Assembly: GCA_018401955.1 (NCBI GenBank)
Contig: JAGYJT010000012.1
Location: forward strand, 10,303-74,302
DNA: 64,000 nt
DNA from: Chitinophagales bacterium
GTDB taxonomy: Bacteria > Bacteroidota > Bacteroidia > Chitinophagales > CAIOSU01
Reading direction: 5' to 3'
Shown in pieces: positions 1 to 10,204 of this stretch. The first letter of the stretch is position 1, and every line of letters starts with the position of its first letter. The position numbers and the translations under genes are program-made. The notes below the pieces were generated by a model. The model saw only the letters and a program-made list of their open reading frames with translations. It was not told the DNA's origin and did no database searches.

Positions 1-3000
1 CAGCTTCATAAACCCAGGTATTGTAGTTTTAATACCATCCATACCCTTAACAATAATCTCGGCAGGAATGTCACCAAATACGGTGCCGTCAGTATCAATT
101 TCCCACGCTTCGTCTTTACCATCAATCTTGGCGCGAATAATATTAGTTCCTGCTTTACCCGAACCAACTCGCTTGGCTATATCAAGACCTTGAAGCACAA
201 ATCCGACGTTGCGTGTCGCTAGGTTACGCAAAGCAAGATCCATAACCATGTTCGTGTTTTGTAAAGAGTTTACAAAAATACTTCTTATTTTTTGGTCGGA
301 ACCTAAAAGTTCTTTGAGGTGCGGCTGCTCAGTAAGGTCTCCCATCTTTACTATTTTTTCATCACCGATAAAAAGATTAACTGTTCCAGAAGCATCTGCT
401 CGGTAGAATGGAATGTAGTCTTTTCGAGATTTTATTTCAGCAGCTTTAGCTTTGCTTAAGTAGCCCGATTGCTCCAATAACGTAATCAAATCGCTGTTGT
501 ACTCGTTGTAAAGCTTACGAGCTTCTTGGATAGCTGAGTCTTTTCTGCCAGCGTCAAGTAAAGCTTTAACGTCTGCTGGCGTAGTGTTTGCGCCTAGTTT
601 ACTAAGACCAACAGCTTTTGATTGAGCACGTTCAGCCGCCATATATGCGGTCATAAAGTTTTCGTTAGCTTGAACGTCTCCAAACTTAGCTTTGGAAAGT
701 GCGAGAGCGACCCCTTTCATTGACGCAGCGTCTTTTTGAAGGTCCCTAGAAAGCATAAACTCGCCGGTCTTGGGGTCCTTCATTAACTGCACAACGCCAC
801 TAGTCATTGCTTCTGAAACAAAACTTGTGCGTTGCCCATACTTACGCGCAAAATACAGAAGATCAGTTGCTTTCAGGCTATCGAGCATAGGCTTTCCAAC
901 TTTGTCTAGCGTAGCCTGCCCAATGCGTTTAATGCGCTCAAGGGAATCGAGACGATCAACAAACTGTGTTCTAAAATTTAAACCGCTAAGGTTGGCTTTT
1001 AATTTCTCATAGGCAGGTGTATCCGGAGCTACAATTTTATCTACCGCGTTGACTACATTTTGGTTTACCGTTGGGTTAAACCTGGGCTTGGCGCTTCGCA
1101 AGGATATGGTGCCGTCGGTATTACGGTAAGTCTTGGCTTTGCCAGCATCAAAAGTTTTGTAGGCGCTCTTAATCAGGGAGAAAAGCTCGGGCGTGGAGAC
1201 GTCTTTGAACTCCTTAAACCCACTGGATGTCAACCATCGGCGGATGGCAAACAGGATTTCTTTGAAGAACTTCTTAACCGCGCCTTCTTTAGAAGCAGGC
1301 GCCTTGTCCATATAATTTTCTGTAGTATAGGCAAGCACTTCACGAAGCGCCTTCATGCGAGCAAGCTCTACTTGCTGCGCCTTGGTCATTTTGCCCTCGG
1401 CTACAAGAGCTTTTGTAGACTCAACAGACTCAAGCCACGCATCGCCAGCCTCACGTAAAACGCCAAGCTCTTTTGCCAGAGCAAACACCCCGGTCTCACC
1501 AGTCTTAGCATCGCCAGGGAAAGAGGTTTCTACACGCTTTAGAAGTCGGCGTATACCATCCTTGCCAAGCAGCCCTTCAAGGGTATAGTGGCCCACCAGC
1601 TCGTGCGCTGCTGTCTGCTCAAGGTCTTTCAGGTTGGCGTGGTGGCTGACAATAACAAACACTTCGCCGTCAGGCGCTACACCGCCCTTAATTTTGTCGG
1701 CGTAAATGCTCATGCCTTGATTAGCAAGCGCCTTAAGAATCTTCATGGGAACTTCAGTGAAGTCTTTGTACACTTTGAACTTAATGTTCTGGCTCTTAGC
1801 TTTGGCTTCTAACTCTTTAATAAACGGAGCAGCTTCAGATGCATCAACAGCCGTTTCAAAGTCCGTATCGCCAACACGCCAGTCGTAGTTTGCGTCTTTA
1901 CGGTAGCCAGACAGTGCGTCTTTAAGTTCTTTGTCAGCTTCTTCCAGGCTTAAGAAAACATTGTCGTCTGGATTGGCATTTGTTTTGTCAGACGCCAGGT
2001 CTTCCAATTTTAGCTGAAGCTCGTACCTCGCTACGGTTGCACGAGTAAGTGCTGTCTGAGCCGACTTTAGTTTAGCCTTAGCCACCATCTGCTCACGCTT
2101 GTCTTTGGCAGCGTTAAGTTCAGCCTGGGCAACTTTCATCTGGTCACGAGCAATGCCTTCGGCTTCTGTCATGACCTCTAATTCTGTTTTCCTAGTGACC
2201 TGGTTCTTTACATCTTCAAGCAGAATACGGCGCTGCTTTTCAGCCATCTCGCTAAAGTCTTCTGCCGTGCCATAAATTGTTTCTTTTGTACGCACAGGCA
2301 GCGCAACAGTCTGCATGGCTTTGAGCCGGTTGGCATTTTTTGTATTAGCTGCGAGCTTGCCGCCAATCGACTGGCGCTCTTTTGGCGTAGCAGTTTCTTT
2401 TTGTTTCTCAAGCTCAGCACGTTGTTTAGCTAATATCTCAAGCTCATCGGCAATAGCTTCAGGCCGCTTTTCAAACGCAACATCCTCAAGCTCACGGCGA
2501 ACTTTCGTAACAGGAAGCTCTTTGCCTTCAGGCGTTTTCATGCGTCCGATCTGAAGCGCAGCAGTCAGGTCTTCTTCAACTTTCTCGGCTGCTTTAAGGC
2601 GGTTTTGGGTCGCTGTAATGCGTTTCTTAAGTGCTTCAACCGCGCTGCGTCGGTCGGCTACAGAGATTGCGCCTCGTGTGTCACGTTGCTGCTGTGCCCA
2701 GTCACCGTCTTCTTCAATCTGGCGAAGAACAAATTCACCGTCTCGGTTAATCGAAGTGTCAACGCCCTGCTTCTTAAGAAGCTCAACCGTTTTTTTGTTT
2801 TCATTCTTTAAAATACCGGCTTCTTTACGAGCCGCAACCATTTGCTTTTCAAGTTCTTTAATACGAGCACGTGCCTCTGGATCTTTTTTACCTGCTACCT
2901 GCTTGCGCAAACGCGCAAGTTCTGATCCAGCCTTTTGCAATTGGGTGGTAATGCGTGCAAGTTTCTTCTGGTTGTTTGAAACCTCAACCACATTGTCGTT

Positions 3001-5889
3001 GATGACCTTGCGCTGTATTTCAATAAGCTCTTTATCTTCGGGCTTGACAGGGGGCTTTTTAGGAGGGGCAGGTGCACGCCGTCCTGTTTCAACAGGTAGC
3101 TCTTTCTCAACCGGAGCGCCCTTAGCTTCTTGAGTAACCTCATCAATATTACCGCGAAGCGCCTGCAGTGCAGGGCCAATACTGCGAATCCGACCTTCAG
3201 TTGTAGGCTTACTTACCCTATCAATAAAAGCTTGGAACGGTGCACGAAGTTTTAGTTCCGTGTCAGTGCGCTCTTCACCAGTCAAAGCAGGGCGTCGGGA
3301 TGTAAGCCGAGCTGCGTCAATTTCTTTCATAGCCTGCGTGATATAGGCATCGGCTGCTTGCGTAGCATCTCGTTGAAGTGTAGAAAATAACGACGTGCCC
3401 GCTTCTGGCGCACGGGTAAGCCCCGCTCGGAGTTGCTTTATTTCACCTTCAAGCTGCGTAAGTCGGCGTTGTAAATTAGCACTTGCTTGCGCATTACGTT
3501 GCACACCAGGCTGCGCCAAGCGGTCTTTAATCTGGTTGGCTTCTCTGGTAGCTAAAAATATCCGGTCTCGCAGCCCTTGATTGCGCTCGCGCTCTTCCGT
3601 TGCAAGTCTTTCAGGAACACCCTCACGATCACTAATAAACTGACCGCGCTGCAGGGGGTAAACAGCATCACGAAATGCTTCAAAAGCTGTATTTTTAAGC
3701 GGGGGTACGTCTTTGAACGCATCAATGGCGTCTTGTTCGGTAGGCGCGTCTTTTAACTCTCGTGTTTGCTGCTCTACCATACGACTAAACGGCTCTTGAC
3801 GCAGTTGTTCTTGTCGGTCAAGTTCTAGGGCTTGTTCAAACCTAGCCTGCGCATCCTCAGCGGCTCGTGCGTCTAACTTGGAAAGGCCAACCGTACGCAG
3901 ACGGTTAAGCTCCTGCATCTTGGCTTCATCGGCAACAGCCTGACGGCCTGCGTCGGTAAGCTCACCCTTTTCATCAAGTAGCTCGACCCGGTTATTAAGT
4001 ATGTCGTAGAAACGCCCCTGCCTCTGCTCGTTGAGCGAGCGCATTGCGTCTTCAATCTGGGGTAGGGCTTTGTCTGCAGTAGTACGCTTATCAACAGAAA
4101 TGCCAAGAAGCTCTGCCGTAGGGGGTAACACAATACCCCGGTTGATTTGCTCTTCAATCGCTTTACGGCGTGTGGCAGGAATACCCAGCGCAGACAAGCC
4201 CATATTCTCAAGGCCAAATTCAATGCGCTCAAGTGCTTTAGCCTGCGCCTCAGCCGCTTCTCTTTCTTGCTCTGTCTGCTGACGTGACTGTCGAATGATG
4301 CGCTTGGATACGTTGAATACGTTCTCACCACGCTGGATCTTGGCTTCTTCCTCAGCAACAAGCCGGTCTTGTTCCGCAAGCTGGGCTAGGTTTTCTTCAC
4401 CAAACAAAGAGGGTTGTGTCTGAGCCTGGGCGATTTCTGCTTCAAGAGCGTTTACTCTGCTTGCCAAACCCTCAATTTTGTCAAATTCACCAAGGTCACC
4501 AGCTTTTACAAGCGCCTTCTTAGCGGTATCCAGCTTTTTATTAAGCGCCGCAACAGGGTCCAGCCCACCTTCAACAGGCTTTACAAGCTTTACTTTATCT
4601 GCTTTTGCTTGTTCTTCAATCTGCTTGAGCATGCTTTGAAGGCGTTTACCTTCTTGAGATAGCTGTACAGCTTGGGCGCTATCGCCTGCCTGTGCAGCGG
4701 CAGCAGTGGGTTCTTTTAGTGCCTCAATCTGGGCTACGAGCTGCTGATATGTCGTTTGCAGTTCCTGCGCACGCTCAGCTTTGGCGGTTTCTTCTGCTTC
4801 AACTTCTTCTTGCCTTTGCCCAAGCATCGACACAGGACCTAACAGATCGCCCTGCATGGTGGCTTCTTCACCGGTTAGTAGGGGGGCACCTGCTTCTTCT
4901 GCAACCTTACGGGATTCTTCTTGGTCGGCAATTAGTTGTTGGCGGCGTTGCTCTTCAGCCGTAATCTCAGCTTCGCGCTTTTCAACAGCAGTCTGGATAC
5001 CACGACGCTCAAGGTAACGGCCCGGAGGGGCGAGCACGCCCCCAAGAACAGCGCCGCCAATAAAGCTTTCAAAGTATTCATCTCGGGCGTCTTCGTCGCT
5101 CATTGTTAGGCCAGCCTGTAAACGCTCAAGGGCCTGCTGCGCAGTTTCTGTCAACCCCTCCACGCCCATCGTGCGTCCCGTGGCTAAAGCGTAGTCAGCA
5201 GCGCCATCCTTTAGAGTCTTTTTGGCTACTTCAAGGGCCGCTTCTTCGGTGAGGTCTTTGCCAACCTGCCCAAAAATATTTCGGATAAACGGCAACATCC
5301 GCAAGCTAAGCGTATCGAGCGCCGCCTGGGGCACGGCTGCTAGGGCAGCGTTACCTAAATCCGTTTCGCCAATGCTTTTACCTGTCTCCATCTGACGGAG
5401 CAGGTTAGTACCCGTGAACTGAGCGCCTGAAGCAAGACCTGCCGCACCAAGACCAGCAACCGTAGCTGCCGTACCAGTAAGAGGTGCTAAAGCTGTGGCC
5501 CCAGCAGCGACAAGGGGCGCTGCCATATAGGGTAGAGACTGCCCAAGAAGTTCAGTAGTTTTAGTAAGGGGGGCTTCTAAAAAGCCTTCTTCGGTGGGGG
5601 CAAATGTACGGCGCTGGTAGGCTTGCTCTTCTTCAATGGCCTGTCGTGCAGCCTCCTCATCCATTAAACCCGTGCGCCCGAGGACGGCAAGACCAGCTTC
5701 TTTTACGCCAGAAACACCAGCTTTAAAGGCGGGGACAAATCCAGATTCGGGGGTTGCTTCGGGTTCTACAGGCGTAGGGGGTTGGAGCTGCGCCATTACG
5801 GCAGCTATGGCTTCTTCATCCGTTAACTCACGTCGTGAATTAACATCAAACGATCCCTGCCCAGGGATGTTTACTTTATAAAGGGGCAT
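1..5889 (-). CDS. Giant virion-associated protein, N-terminal 1,963+ aa (3' end outside window); possibly PLxRFG-type large internal protein
   Basis: ATG at 5889-5887. My manual translation of this frame reaches base 1 without a stop (5,889 nt = 1,963 codons). The ORF track shows only short out-of-frame ORFs here, and it appears to omit ORFs with no in-window stop. Begins MPLYKVNIPGQGSFDV, followed by long A/E/K/Q coiled-coil stretches. AAHELVGHYTLEGLLG lies near nt 1585-1612 and SRKDYIPFYR near nt 402-420. Confidence 0.75.
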   Translation of the reverse strand, partial: MPLYKVNIPGQGSFDVNSRRELTDEEAIAAVMAQLQPPTPVEPEATPESGFVPAFKAGVSGVKEAGLAVLGRTGLMDEEAARQAIEEEQAYQRRTFAPTEEGFLEAPLTKTTELLGQSLPYMAAPLVAAGATALAPLTGTAATVAGLGAAGLASGAQFTGTNLLRQMETGKSIGETDLGNAALAAVPQAALDTLSLRMLPFIRNIFGQVGKDLTEEAALEVAKKTLKDGAADYALATGRTMGVEGLTETAQQALERLQAGLTMSDEDARDEYFESFIGGAVLGGVLAPPGRYLERRGIQTAVEKREAEITAEEQRRQQLIADQEESRKVAEEAGAPLLTGEEATMQGDLLGPVSMLGQRQEEVEAEETAKAERAQELQTTYQQLVAQIEALKEPTAAAAQAGDSAQAVQLSQEGKRLQSMLKQIEEQAKADKVKLVKPVEGGLDPVAALNKKLDTAKKALVKAGDLGEFDKIEGLASRVNALEAEIAQAQTQPSLFGEENLAQLAEQDRLVAEEEAKIQRGENVFNVSKRIIRQSRQQTEQEREAAEAQAKALERIEFGLENMGLSALGIPATRRKAIEEQINRGIVLPPTAELLGISVDKRTTADKALPQIEDAMRSLNEQRQGRFYDILNNRVELLDEKGELTDAGRQAVADEAKMQELNRLRTVGLSKLDARAAEDAQARFEQALELDRQEQLRQEPFSRMVEQQTRELKDAPTEQDAIDAFKDVPPLKNTAFEAFRDAVYPLQRGQFISDREGVPERLATEERERNQGLRDRIFLATREANQIKDRLAQPGVQRNAQASANLQRRLTQLEGEIKQLRAGLTRAPEAGTSLFSTLQRDATQAADAYITQAMKEIDAARLTSRRPALTGEERTDTELKLRAPFQAFIDRVSKPTTEGRIRSIGPALQALRGNIDEVTQEAKGAPVEKELPVETGRRAPAPPKKPPVKPEDKELIEIQRKVINDNVVEVSNNQKKLARITTQLQKAGSELARLRKQVAGKKDPEARARIKELEKQMVAARKEAGILKNENKKTVELLKKQGVDTSINRDGEFVLRQIEEDGDWAQQQRDTRGAISVADRRSAVEALKKRITATQNRLKAAEKVEEDLTAALQIGRMKTPEGKELPVTKVRRELEDVAFEKRPEAIADELEILAKQRAELEKQKETATPKERQSIGGKLAANTKNANRLKAMQTVALPVRTKETIYGTAEDFSEMAEKQRRILLEDVKNQVTRKTELEVMTEAEGIARDQMKVAQAELNAAKDKREQMVAKAKLKSAQTALTRATVARYELQLKLEDLASDKTNANPDDNVFLSLEEADKELKDALSGYRKDANYDWRVGDTDFETAVDASEAAPFIKELEAKAKSQNIKFKVYKDFTEVPMKILKALANQGMSIYADKIKGGVAPDGEVFVIVSHHANLKDLEQTAAHELVGHYTLEGLLGKDGIRRLLKRVETSFPGDAKTGETGVFALAKELGVLREAGDAWLESVESTKALVAEGKMTKAQQVELARMKALREVLAYTTENYMDKAPASKEGAVKKFFKEILFAIRRWLTSSGFKEFKDVSTPELFSLIKSAYKTFDAGKAKTYRNTDGTISLRSAKPRFNPTVNQNVVNAVDKIVAPDTPAYEKLKANLSGLNFRTQFVDRLDSLERIKRIGQATLDKVGKPMLDSLKATDLLYFARKYGQRTSFVSEAMTSGVVQLMKDPKTGEFMLSRDLQKDAASMKGVALALSKAKFGDVQANENFMTAYMAAERAQSKAVGLSKLGANTTPADVKALLDAGRKDSAIQEARKLYNEYNSDLITLLEQSGYLSKAKAAEIKSRKDYIPFYRADASGTVNLFIGDEKIVKMGDLTEQPHLKELLGSDQKIRSIFVNSLQNTNMVMDLALRNLATRNVGFVLQGLDIAKRVGSGKAGTNIIRAKIDGKDEAWEIDTDGTVFGDIPAEIIVKGMDGIKTTIPGFMKL

Positions 5890-5899
5890 ACCCTAGCCT

Positions 5900-7393
5900 T
5901 TAATTTTTAGTAACCGTAGTACCTGCTGCTGATCGAGCGCGTAAAACCTGCTGGATAGCGTCATTTAGCATTGTATCTTTTTGATCTTGCGGTGCAAGAG
6001 CGTAGCGCGGATTGCCAGTAACCAACTTTGTTGCAGCGTCCACAATATTCTTAGTCTGGGTTTCACCCAACTGCTGCTTTAACCGAGCAATAGTGGCTTC
6101 GGTCGTCAGCTCAGTCGCTTTTAATGTAGTTTGAGACGCAAGCTGCTGACCGTAAATAGTGCCACCAATTCGTGCTGCGTTATCCTGAACAGCGTCACGT
6201 CGGGCTTCGACACGGTTCTTCTTAGCCTGAAGCTCGGCACGGGCTTTGTCTGTAACGTCTTTACGCATGCGGCTATCGAAGGCTGCAATCTCAGCGCTCA
6301 GTTTTTCATCCTCACGCTTAAGTTTGCGTAGGTCTTTAACAGACTCCATAACCCCAGGCATGATGTCTTTACCTGCTTTAGCGGCTGCAGCAAGTGTCGG
6401 GCCAGTATTTGACGCCCAATTAAACCCAAACTGAGCAAGTGCCATAAGGCCAGCTTCGTTTCTTTGCTTCTCGTACTCAGACTCCGCGCCAGATAAACGC
6501 TCTTTAATTTTTTTGTAGGGGTCCAGATCAACACCCATGTCTTTGTACAGCTTGAATTGGTCTTTTACAGCCGCTTCATCTGTTGTCGTAATTTTGTCAG
6601 GTAACGTGCCAGCAAACGATTTTGCAATACCCATAATCCCTGCTTTGTCTAGTGAGGGTAGTCCGGCAGAGGTCGTCTTCTTTTCAGGCTGGTCAACACG
6701 TGTAACCGTAGGTTTGTCTTCGGCTGCGGGTTGTAAAGGAACCACGCCTGCTTGTGCGGCTTGTTCAGCTTGGGCTGCTAGGGCAGCGGGGGGTACAAAT
6801 GCAACATCGGCAGGCCCTGAAGTGGTTTGAACACGCTCTCGTAGAGGTGTGCCTTGCGTAAAGAAATTAACAACAGGATTAATCAACGCCTCTTTGGTTG
6901 CCCCAAACACACCCAAACCTTTAAGCCGCGCCGCTTCAGCAAGCTCTTCTTCACTTAACTGTTGCCTCGGTACAGGCGCATACGGCATCGGACGACGGCC
7001 CTCACCAAACATTTGTTCCAGTACCGCGTCCACTGGGCTACCACCAGCATCAAACGCAACCATACCTCCCGTAGCAAATTCTTGTGCAGCACTAGGGGCA
7101 GGCAGTGCGGCTACACCACCTTCGGCAGGGGCTTGGGCCATTTGTTGTGGCATTTGTTGCTGGGGCATCGGAGGCATAGCGCCGCCTGTAATTAGTTCTG
7201 CAATAACGGGTGTCTTATTTCCTTGCCCCATAGCAGCTTTTTGGCGTGTGTTTTTACGTGCTTGGATTTCACCGGCGGCAAGGATGTACTCAGGGGTGCC
7301 AACAGCCCCAGTTTGCGTCATTTGAATAAGCATTTGGCGAAGCGCCTCATCAGGCACACCCTTCATGCGGTTTTCCATTTGCACAATGTTCAT
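5900..7393 (-). CDS. Internal virion/ejection-type protein (hypothetical, 497 aa)
   Basis: Long intact ORF. Q/P/A-rich N-half (PMPQQQMPQQMAQAP) and coiled-coil C-half. Contains FATGGMVAFDAGG. Sits between the giant ORF and other internal-protein-like genes. Confidence 0.5.
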   Translation of the reverse strand: MNIVQMENRMKGVPDEALRQMLIQMTQTGAVGTPEYILAAGEIQARKNTRQKAAMGQGNKTPVIAELITGGAMPPMPQQQMPQQMAQAPAEGGVAALPAPSAAQEFATGGMVAFDAGGSPVDAVLEQMFGEGRRPMPYAPVPRQQLSEEELAEAARLKGLGVFGATKEALINPVVNFFTQGTPLRERVQTTSGPADVAFVPPAALAAQAEQAAQAGVVPLQPAAEDKPTVTRVDQPEKKTTSAGLPSLDKAGIMGIAKSFAGTLPDKITTTDEAAVKDQFKLYKDMGVDLDPYKKIKERLSGAESEYEKQRNEAGLMALAQFGFNWASNTGPTLAAAAKAGKDIMPGVMESVKDLRKLKREDEKLSAEIAAFDSRMRKDVTDKARAELQAKKNRVEARRDAVQDNAARIGGTIYGQQLASQTTLKATELTTEATIARLKQQLGETQTKNIVDAATKLVTGNPRYALAPQDQKDTMLNDAIQQVLRARSAAGTTVTKN

Positions 7394-7395
7394 GC

Positions 7396-8511
7396 TTATT
7401 TTCCTAACATTTGAGACAGCGCAAGGAGTCCTAGACCACCACCAGCAACTTGTGAAACCGTGCTTGGCTGTGCCTGATACAGTGTTGAAGACGACCCAGG
7501 TAGTCCACGGAGAAGCCCAGACATAAACTCAATCTGCTGATAAGGGTAGCGCTGTTGGTTAAGAAAGTCTTGGTACGCAATGTCTCGCGCTTGTTGCTCG
7601 CGTTCTTGTCCGAGGCGACCAAATTCTTCTTGGGACTTAAGCCGGTCAAGCGTTGTAGCCTGTTCCATGCTCCCCAACTGACCCAAGGTAGCGGCTGCTT
7701 GCGTCGCGGCCTGCGCCCCCTGAAGACCAAGGCTGGAACCAAACTGACGAGACTGCTCCCGCAGTCGCTGGGCTTCAAGTTGCTGTTGTTGCGTCTGTAG
7801 CCCAGCCTGTAGACCACGACCTTGCTCTGCTTCAAAAGCACGTTGCGCTGCATCAAAAGCCGACTGAGACCCGGTGCCTTGAATATTAGAAAGCCGGTCA
7901 AGTAGACCGCGCTCACGTTCTGCTGTAGCTAAAGCCTGACGGGCACCACCATAAGTGCCCTGACGAGCCGAACCAAGCCTAGCTTGTTGATCTGCGATCT
8001 GTGCTTCTCTTACGGCGGCTTGTTTCTGAACGTCTACAACCTGCTGCATATAGGGCGACATGTACATGTTAGCTGCGCCGGGAGCAACAAAAGACCCCAT
8101 TCCACTTGTAATTTGACCGGGCGTAAACTGACCGGGGCCGTACTGCCCTGCTCGAAGCGCTTGTTGTCCGCCTGCTGTTGCAAGCCCTGTTGCCGGGGCA
8201 AATTGTTGGGGGCCACCATAAGCAGACATACCGGCTCGTGCTGCTTGTTGTTCACCAGTAATCCCGGCTAAGCGCTCCCCGCCGTACGTTTGATAGGGTG
8301 TGCCTTCACCAGCTTCAGGACCAATACCTGTAAGCGCACCTGCCTGCCCCGCCATCGACTCCGCATAAGGCTGCAGGTACTCAGGAATACTAATCTGGCT
8401 AGTTTGGGTAGGTTGCCCCCCACCTCCACCGCCTTCAAGCGTCATACCATAACGACCGTTCCGGGGTTGGAAAGCCTTTTCTGGCAGCATTGAAAAATGG
8501 TCGTATCTCAT
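7396..8511 (-). CDS. Gly/Gln-rich internal virion protein (hypothetical, 371 aa)
   Basis: Intact ORF with G/Q/A-rich low-complexity sequence plus a YMSPYMQQVVDVQKQ segment. C-terminal hydrophobic tail GGGLGLLALSQMLGK. Composition resembles podovirus core/ejection proteins (from memory). Confidence 0.5.
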   Translation of the reverse strand: MRYDHFSMLPEKAFQPRNGRYGMTLEGGGGGGQPTQTSQISIPEYLQPYAESMAGQAGALTGIGPEAGEGTPYQTYGGERLAGITGEQQAARAGMSAYGGPQQFAPATGLATAGGQQALRAGQYGPGQFTPGQITSGMGSFVAPGAANMYMSPYMQQVVDVQKQAAVREAQIADQQARLGSARQGTYGGARQALATAERERGLLDRLSNIQGTGSQSAFDAAQRAFEAEQGRGLQAGLQTQQQQLEAQRLREQSRQFGSSLGLQGAQAATQAAATLGQLGSMEQATTLDRLKSQEEFGRLGQEREQQARDIAYQDFLNQQRYPYQQIEFMSGLLRGLPGSSSTLYQAQPSTVSQVAGGGLGLLALSQMLGK

Positions 8512-8912
8512 ATCTTTGCCTCAAATAGCGTATAGCGCTCTTGAAAACCGTAACGACTCCATAGCCGCACGATTGCGTCTCTACCGACACCTTGAACTCT
8601 GTCGGCGCCAAAACTTTTTAAAATACCTTTGAACTGCTCAAATGTTTCGGTATTACTAATTAAGCGTCCGCCTATTGCAACCACAAACGCCACTCGATAA
8701 TTGGGCATGTTGTAGATGTTTACCACCGCTGCGCCACGTATACCGCTTTCATCGGACGCAATAACTAAAAGCCATTCACCACGTGCTATGTTAGCGCGTA
8801 CTTGCTCTGCTGTGTAATCGTCTCCTGCGTATTGCAATGCGTCAATTAAAAACTTCTCTGCATCAGGCCATACACGGTGTACTAACGATGTCGGTACGAC
8901 CTCAATAATCAT
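8508..8912 (-). CDS. Small GNAT-fold-like (acetyltransferase-like) protein, 134 aa
   Basis: ATGA-type overlaps with both neighbours. Pattern WLLVIASDESGIRGAAVV...VAIGGRL...GRDAIVRLWSRYGF resembles the GNAT beta-alpha core. Weak assignment, from motif memory only. Confidence 0.35.
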   Translation of the reverse strand: MIIEVVPTSLVHRVWPDAEKFLIDALQYAGDDYTAEQVRANIARGEWLLVIASDESGIRGAAVVNIYNMPNYRVAFVVAIGGRLISNTETFEQFKGILKSFGADRVQGVGRDAIVRLWSRYGFQERYTLFEAKI

Positions 8913-10177
8913 GCCCTGCGCTCGGCCTTTTTCATCAGGGCGTACATATTGGTTGTGCCGCCTGCTTTTTTAACGCCCTTCTTGGTGACATAGGCTTCTC
9001 CATGCGACACACGCGCAGGTATTTTACCTTCGATGGACGTTTTAATCTTGTCATCTTTGCCTGCCTTTGGCCCCCTACGGGCACCCGGACCCTTGAGCGC
9101 TATGGCGCCTAAGCCTTTTTTAAGCTCTTCCTGCCCCTTTTTGTTGCTCCCACCACCGAGACCATCCACGGCTTTCTTGGTCATAACAAAGCCGCCATCC
9201 TCTAACATAGGTACAGAACCGCCGTCCTTGGCTCGGTAAATTGGCATAGGGGCGTAACGGGGTCGGAAGTATTCTTGTTCAGCCGTGCTTTCTGTCGGTG
9301 CGCCTGTGCGGTATGCGACATCCTGACGGCCTGGGTCGTACTGGTAGGGCCGTATCATCTGGGGGGACCCCGCAGGAGCGCCTTCAGCGTCTGAAGATAA
9401 GAGAGGAAGGACTGCTGCACCGCCGTATTTAGCCAACCCGCCGTAGCCCCCAACGTTTTGCATAAACAACTCACGCCCAGGCCCCCCACCAAGCGCTTGA
9501 AAACCACCTTTTAGGTTAGTCAAGCCCCCTTGCTGCCCAGCCTGTTCGATTGCCGTCATGTCAAAACTAGGGGGGGTTGCTACCGGAGGTGTTACCGGGG
9601 GTGTCACATTTACGACAGGAGGCGTTGCGGCAAGAGTACTACCTTTGGTTTGCGCAATTGCCTGTTCTGGCGACATACCAGTATTTAGCAGTGATTGCGT
9701 TGCTGGGTTAGTTGACGTTGCCGTTACTGCCTGTGGCGCTAATACCGGTGTTGCCGTGGTCGGCATTGCCGCTGCCTGTTTTGCCGCTTCTGCCTGCATG
9801 GCTGTTTGTGAGCCTGTTGTTGCAAGTGAACCGCCCAGACCTGCGCCACCATAGGCACCGAGTCCGGCTGAAAAACCTCTCTCTACATCACCTGTAACAA
9901 CGGCTGTACCTCCGCCTACAATCATACTTGCTGTAAAAGGGTCAATCGCCCCGCCTGTGCCAATTGTTAACGCAGCGCCAGCAATCATAGGGAGAATGTT
10001 ATCAAGGAACCCTGCTTCGGGGAGCCCTGTCTGGGGGTTGATGGTTAATGAGCCACCGTTTGCCATAGCAAGGGCCTGCAGTCCACCCACCTCACGAGGT
10101 GTCATGTGGACAAGCATTGAGTCATTTCCTCGTCCTTGGGACTGGACGCTTTGGGCGAGTGCTGGGAGTCCGTTCAT
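8909..10177 (-). CDS. Internal virion/ejection-type protein (422 aa)
   Basis: The N-terminus GRGNDSMLVHMTPREVGGLQALAMANGGSLTINPQTGLPEAGF matches a conserved N-domain I recall from marine podovirus structural proteins. Gly/Ala/Thr/Pro-rich middle. C-terminal KDGGSVPMLEDGGFVMT and a basic tail. Confidence 0.5.
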   Translation of the reverse strand: MNGLPALAQSVQSQGRGNDSMLVHMTPREVGGLQALAMANGGSLTINPQTGLPEAGFLDNILPMIAGAALTIGTGGAIDPFTASMIVGGGTAVVTGDVERGFSAGLGAYGGAGLGGSLATTGSQTAMQAEAAKQAAAMPTTATPVLAPQAVTATSTNPATQSLLNTGMSPEQAIAQTKGSTLAATPPVVNVTPPVTPPVATPPSFDMTAIEQAGQQGGLTNLKGGFQALGGGPGRELFMQNVGGYGGLAKYGGAAVLPLLSSDAEGAPAGSPQMIRPYQYDPGRQDVAYRTGAPTESTAEQEYFRPRYAPMPIYRAKDGGSVPMLEDGGFVMTKKAVDGLGGGSNKKGQEELKKGLGAIALKGPGARRGPKAGKDDKIKTSIEGKIPARVSHGEAYVTKKGVKKAGGTTNMYALMKKAERRA

Positions 10178-10204
10178 ATCAGTATTTTAAAGAATTATCA
10201 AGGT

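Noticed and set aside
209-5881. Numerous 60-170-aa ORFs on the plus strand and on other minus frames across the first 5.9 kb
   Set aside because: All lie inside or antisense to the single long open minus-strand frame. Their composition (Ser/Arg/Ala/Leu-rich) is typical of shadow ORFs of a GC-moderate coding region.
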